Below are positions 57,421-64,000 of a stretch of 64,000 nt of DNA, piece after piece. The notes below the pieces were generated by a model. That model did no database searches and was not told where the DNA came from. It saw only the letters and a program-made list of their open reading frames with translations. Where the stretch lies: the NCBI GenBank assembly GCA_964016885.1, contig OZ024744.1:132990001-133054000 (forward strand). Reading direction: 5' to 3'. The position numbers and the translations under genes are program-made. The stretch is from Eledone cirrhosa. Its lineage: Eukaryota. How positions within the stretch are numbered: position 1 is the first letter of the stretch; each line of letters opens with the position of its first letter.

Positions 57421-60400
57421 TTAACTTAACCCCGACTTAACTTAACCCCAACTTAACTTAACCCCAACTTACCTTAACCCCAACTTAACTTAACCAGAAA
57501 TTAACTTAACCACAACTTAACTTAACCCCGACTTAACTTAACCCCAACTTAACTTAACCCCAACTTAACTTAGCCCCAACTTAACTTAGCCCCAACTTAA
57601 CTTAGCCCCAACTTAACTTAACCCCAACTTAACTTAACCGCACCTTAACTTAACCTCAACTTAACTTAACTGCAACTTAACTTAACCCCAACTTAACTTA
57701 ACCCCAACTTAACTCAAAACCAACTTAACTCAACCCCAACTTAACTCAACCCCAATTTAACTCAACCCCAACTTAACTCAACCCCAACTTAACTTAACCC
57801 CAACTTAACTGAACCCTAACTTAACTTAACCCCGACTTAACTTAACCCCGACTTAACTTAACCCCAACTTAACTTAACCCCAACTTAACTTAACCCCAAC
57901 TTAACTTAACCCCAACTTAATTTAACCCCATCTTAACCCCAACTTATCTTAACCCCAACTTAACTGAACCCCAACTTAATTTAACCCCAACTTAAATAAA
58001 CCCCAACTTAACTTAACCCCAACTTAACTTAACCCCAGCTTAACTTAACCCCAACTTAACTCAGCCCCAACTTAACTTAGCCCCAACTTAACTTAACCCC
58101 AACTTAACTTAACCCCAACTTAACTTAACCCCAACTTAACTTAACCCCAACTTAACTTAACCCCAACTTAACTTAAACCCAACTTAACTTAACCCCAACT
58201 TAAATTATCCCCAACTTAACTTATCCTCAACTTAACTTAACCCCAACTTAACTTAACCCCAACTTAACTTAACCCCAACTTAATTTAACCCCAACTTAAC
58301 TTAACCTCAACTTAACTTAACCCCAACTTAACTTAACCCCATCTTAACTTAACCCCAACTTAACTTAACCCCAACTTAACTTAACCCCAACTTAAATTAA
58401 CCCCAACTTAACTTAACTCCAACTTAACTTAACCCCGACTTAACTTAACCCCAACTTAACTTAACCCCAACTTAACTTAACCCCAATTTAACTTAACCAC
58501 AAATTAACTTAACCCCAACTTAACTTAACCCCAACTTAACTTAACCCCAACTTAACTTAACCCCAACTTAACTTAACCCCGACTTAACTTAACCCTAACT
58601 TAACTTAACCCCAACTTAACCCCGACTTAACTTGACCCCAACTTAACCCCAACTTAACTCAACCCCAACTTAACTTAACCCCAACTTAACTCAGCCCCAA
58701 CTTAACTCAGCCCCAACTTAACTTAGCCACAACTTAACTTAACACCAACTTAACTTAACCCCAACTTAACTTAACCCAACTTAACTCAATCCCAACTTAA
58801 ATTAACCCCATCTTAACTTAACCCCAACTTAACTTAACCCCAACTTAATTAACCCCAACTTAAATTAACCCCAACTTAACTTAACACCAACTTAACGTAA
58901 CCCCAACTTAAATAAACCCCAACTTAAATTAACCCCAACTTAACTTAACCCCAACTTAACTTAACCCCAACTTAACTCAGCCCCAACTTAACTTAGCCTC
59001 AACTTAACTTAACCCCAACTTAACTTAACCCCAACTTAACTTATCCCCAACTTAACTTAACCCCAACTTAACTTAAACCCAACTTAACTTAACCCCAACT
59101 TAAATTATCCCCAACTTAACTTATCCCCAACTTAACTTAACCCCAACTTAACTTAACCCCAACTTAACTTAACCCCAACTTAATTTAACCCCAACTTAAC
59201 TTAACCCCAACTTAACTTAACCCCAACTTAACTTAACCACAAATTAACTTAACCCCAACTTAACTTAACCCCAACTTAACTTAACCCCAACTTAACTTAA
59301 CCCCAACTTAACTTAACCCCAACTTAACTTAAACCTAACTTAACTTAACCCCAACTTAACCCCAACTTAACTTGACCCCAACTTAACTTAACCCCAACTT
59401 AACTCAACCCCAACTTAACTTAACCCCAACTTAACTCAGCCCCAACTTAACTCAGCCCCAACTTAACTTAGCCCCAACTTAACTTAACCCCAACTTAACT
59501 TATCCCCAACTTAACTGAACCCCAACTTAACTTAACCCCAACTTAATATAACCCCAACTTAACTTAACCCCAACTTAACTCAACCGCAACTTAAATTAAC
59601 CCCATCTTAACTTAACCCCAACTTAACTTAACCCCAACTTAATTAACCCCAACTTAAATTAACCCCAACTTAACTTAACACCAACTTAACGTAACCCCAA
59701 CTTAAATAAACCCCAACTTAAATTAATCCCAACTTAACTTAACCCCAACTTAACTTAACCCCAACTTAACTTATCCCCAACTTAACTGAACCCCAACTTA
59801 ACTTAACCCCAACTTAATATAACCCCAACTTAACTTAACCCCAACTTAACTCAACCCCAACTTAAATTAACCCCATCTTAACTTAACCCCAACTTAACTT
59901 AACCCCAACTTAATTAACCCCAACTTAAATTAACCCCAACTTAACTTAACACCAACTTAACGTAACCCCAACTTAAATAAACCCCAACTTAAATTAACCC
60001 CAACTTAACTTAACCCCAACTTAACTTAACCCCGACTTAACTTAACCCCAACTTAACTTAAGCCCAACTTAACTTAACCCCAACTTAACTTAACCACAAA
60101 TTAACTTAACCCCAACTTAACTTAACCCCAACTTAACTTAACCCCAACTTAACTTAACCCCAACTTAACTTAAACCTAACTTAACTTAACCCCAACTTAA
60201 CCCCAACTTAACTTGACCCCAACTTAACTTAACCCCAACTTAAATTAACCCCAACTTAACTTAAACCCAACTTAACTTAACCCCGACTTAACTTAACCCC
60301 AACTTAACTTAACCCCAACTTAACTTAACCCCAACTTAACTTAACCACAAATTAACTTAACCCCAACTTAACTTAACCCCAACTTAATTTAACCCCAACT

Positions 60401-63400
60401 TAACTTAACCCCAACTTAACTTAACCCCAACTTAACTTAAACCTAACTTAACTTAACCCCAACTTAACCCCAACTTAACTTGACCCCAACTTAACTTAAG
60501 CCCAACTTAACTCAGCCCCAACTTAACTCAGCCCCAACTTAAATTAGCCCCAACTTAACTTAACACCAACTTAACTTAACCCCAACTTAACTTAACCCCA
60601 ACTTAACTTAACCCCAACTTAACTTATCCCCAACTTAACTGAACCCCAACTTAACTTAACCCCAACTTAATATAACCCCAACTTAACTTAACCCCAACTT
60701 AACTCAACCCCAACTTAAATTAACCCCAACTTAAATTAACCCCAACTTAACTTAACCCCAACTTAATTAACCCCAACTTAAATTAACCCCAACTTAACTT
60801 AACACCAATTTAACGTAACCCCAACTTAAATAAACCCCAACTTAAATTAACCCCAACTTAACTTAACCCCAACTTAACTTAACCTCAACTTAACTCAGCC
60901 CCAACTTAACTTAGCCCCAACTTAACTTAACCCCAACTTAACTTAACCCCAACTTAACTTAACCCCAACTTAACTTATCCCCAACTTAACTTATCCCCAA
61001 CTTAACTTAAACCCAACTTAACTTAACCCCAACTTAAATTATCCCCAACTTAACTTATCCCCAACTTAACTTAACCCCAACTTAACTTAACCCCAACTTA
61101 ACTTAACCCCAACTTAATTTAACCCCAACTTAACTTAACCTCAACTTAACTTAACCCCAACTTAACTTAACCCCAACTTAACTTAACCCCAACTTAACTT
61201 AACCCCAACTTAACTTAACCCCAACTTAAATTAACCCCAACTTAACTTAACCCCAACTTAACTTAACCCCGACTTAACTTACCCCAACTTAACTTAACCC
61301 CAACTTAACTTAACCCCAACTTAACTTAACCACAAATTAACTTAACCCCAACTTAACTTAACCCCAACTTAACTTAACCCCAACTTAACTTAACCCCAAC
61401 TTAACTTAACCCCAACTTAACTTAAACCTAACTTAACTTAACCCCAACTTAACCCCAACTTAACTTGACCCCAACTTAACTTAACCCCAACTTAACTCAA
61501 CCACAACTTAACTTAACCCCAACTTAACTCAGCCCCAACTTAACTCAGCCCCAACTTAACTTAGCCCCAACTTAACTTAACACCAACTTAACTTAACCCC
61601 AACTTAACTTAACCCCAACTTAACTTAACCCCAACTTAACTTATCCCCAACTTAACTGAACTCCAACTTAACTCAACCCCAACTTAAATTAACCCCAACT
61701 TAACTTAACCCCAACTTAACTCAACCCCAACTTAATTAACCCCAACTTAAATTAACCCCAACTTAACTTAACACCAACTTAACGTAACCCCAACTTAATT
61801 TAACCCCAACTTAAATTAACCCCAACTTAACTTGCCCCCAACTTAACTTACCCCCAACTTAACTTAACCCCACCTTAATTTAACCCCAACTTAATTTAAC
61901 CCCAACTTAACTTAAACCCAACTTAACTTAACCCCAACTTAACTTAACCCCAAATTAACTCAACCCCAACTTAACTCAACCCCAACTTAACTTAACCCCA
62001 ACTTAACTTAACCCCAACTTAACTTAACCACAAATTAACTTAGCCCCAACTTAAATTAACCCCAACTTAACTCAACCACAACTTAACTTAACCCCGACTT
62101 AACTTAACCCCACCTTAACTTAACCTCAACTTAACTGAACTGCAACTTAACTTAACCCCAACTTAACTTAACCCCAACTTAACTCAACACCAACTTAACT
62201 CAACCGCAACTTAACTCAACGCCAATTTAACTCAACCCCAACTTAACTCAACCCCAACTTAACTTAACCCCAACTTAACTGAACCCTAACTTAACTTAAC
62301 CCCGACTTAAATTAACCCCGACTTAACTTAACCCCAACTTAACTTAACCCCAACTTAACTTAACCCCAACTTAACTTAACCCCAACTTAACTTAACCCCA
62401 ACTTAAATTAACCCCAACTTAACTTAAACTCAACTTAACTAACCAACTTAACTTAACCCCAACTTAACTTGACCCCAACTTAACTTAACCCCAACTTAAC
62501 TTAAACCCAACTTAACTTAACCCCAACTTAACTTAGCCCCAACTTAACTTAACCCCAACTTAACTTAACCCCAAATTAAATTAACCTCAACTTAACTTAA
62601 CCCCAACTTAACTTAACCCCGACTTAACTTAACCCCAACTTAACTTAGCCCCAACTTAACTTAGCCCCAACTTAACTTAGCCCCAACTTAACTTAACCCC
62701 AACTTAACTTAACCGCACCTTAACTTAACCTCAACTTAACTTAACTGCAACTTAACTTAACCCCAACTTAACTTAACCCCAACTTAACTCAAAACCAACT
62801 TAACTCAACCCCAACTTAACTCAACCCCAATTTAACTCAACCCCAACTTAACTCAACCCCAACTTAACTTAACCCCAACTTAACTGAACCCTAACTTAAC
62901 TTAACCCCGACTTAACTTAACCCCGACTTAACTTAACCCCAACTTAACTTAACCCCAACTTAACTTAACCCCAACTTAACTTAACCCCAACTTAATTTAA
63001 CCCCATCTTAACCCCAACTTATCTTAACCCCAACTTAACTGAACCCCAACTTAATTTAACCCCAACTTAAATAAACCCCAACTTAACTTAACCCCAACTT
63101 AACTTAACCCCAGCTTAACTTAACCCCAACTTAACTCAGCCCCAACTTAACTTAGCCCCAACTTAACTTAACCCCAACTTAACTTAACCCCAACTTAACT
63201 TAACCCCAACTTAACTTAACCCCAACTTAACTTAAACCCAACTTAACTTAACCCCAACTTAAATTATCCCCAACTTAACTTATCCTCAACTTAACTTAAC
63301 CCCAACTTAACTTAACCCCAACTTAACTTAACCCCAACTTAATTTAACCCCAACTTAACTTAACCTCAACTTAACTTAACCCCAACTTAACTTAACCCCA

Positions 63401-64000
63401 TCTTAACTTAACCCCAACTTAACTTAACCCCAACTTAACTTAACCCCAACTTAAATTAACCCCAACTTAACTTAACCCCAACTTAACTTAACCCCGACTT
63501 AACTTAACCCCAACTTAACTTAACCCCAACTTAACTTAACCCCAACTTAACTTAACCACAAATTAACTTAACCCCAACTTAACTTAACCCCAACTTAACT
63601 TAACCCCAACTTAACTTAACCCCAACTTAACTTAACCCCAACTTAACTTAACCCTAACTTAACTTAACCCCAACTTAACCCCGACTTAACTTGACCCCAA
63701 CTTAACTTAACCCCAACTTAACTCAACCCCAACTTAACTTAACCCCAACTTAACTCAGCCCCAACTTAACTCAGCCCCAACTTAACTTAGCCACAACTTA
63801 ACTTAACACCAACTTAACTTAACCCCAACTTAACTTAACCCCAACTTAACTCAATCCCAACTTAAATTAACCCCATCTTAACTTAACCCCAACTTAACTT
63901 AACCCCAACTTAATTAACCCCAACTTAAATTAACCCCAACTTAACTTAACACCAACTTAACGTAACCCCAACTTAAATAAACCCCAACTTAAATTAACCC

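Larger units (their letters stand above)
43850..59760 (+). repeat. Higher-order tandem duplication, unit about 7.9 kb, each copy carrying an inverted island
   Basis: AACCTATCCCC at 44312/52184 (offset 7872), AAAGTT G at 46976/54928 and islands at 47230/55182 (offset 7952), AACCAGAAATT at 48542/57492 (larger offset because of an internal duplication and monomer indels). Boundaries approximate. Confidence 0.82.
1..64000 (+). repeat. Tandem satellite array, 16-bp consensus AACTTAACTTAACCCC (roughly 4000 monomers), running off both window ends
   Basis: Seen directly: continuous repetition of the 16-mer from first to last base, with point variants and occasional 11-, 13-, 15- and 17-bp length variants. 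No unique sequence was seen. Confidence 0.99.

Noticed and set aside
1-64000. Protein-coding ORFs or repeat-encoded peptides
   Set aside because: TTAA occurs twice per consensus 16-mer, giving TAA on both strands, and the frame shifts each monomer, so all six frames close within a few monomers. ATG is nearly absent.
1-64000. CRISPR array
   Set aside because: There are no unique spacers between repeats, no leader and no cas genes. Variation is point mutation of a single 16-mer.
1-64000. Variant monomers as an information-bearing code or templated diversification system
   Set aside because: The recurring variant order is fully explained by ordinary nested duplication of mutated monomers. Nothing in the sequence indicates a reading or writing mechanism.

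Overview
The whole 64 kb window is a single satellite DNA array with no unique sequence. The consensus monomer is 16 bp, AACTT-AACTT-AACCCC (minus strand GGGGTTAAGTTAAGTT). The + strand is C/A-rich and almost G-free. I find no credible ORF: the consensus carries TAA twice per monomer on both strands and 16 is not a multiple of 3, so all six frames close quickly. I also find no RNA gene, CRISPR array or transposon. The informative structure is internal. (1) Recurrent monomer variants occur in a conserved order, defining higher-order blocks and nested duplications with offsets of about 0.54, 0.89, 1.27, 2.8, 3.19, 4.0, 4.8, 7.9, 25 and 31 kb. (2) Three apparently identical 173-bp islands carry the satellite in inverted orientation (16204-16376, 47230-47402, 55182-55354). 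Each starts at a junction reading TTAGGG and ends in a spacer-less 54-bp perfect palindrome. (3) The monomer is telomere-like (TTAAG TTAAG TTGGGG). This is most likely eukaryotic centromeric, pericentromeric or subtelomeric heterochromatin; the organism cannot be determined from the sequence. I see no evidence for a new gene-encoded system. Coordinates and offsets were read by eye, and duplication boundaries are approximate.
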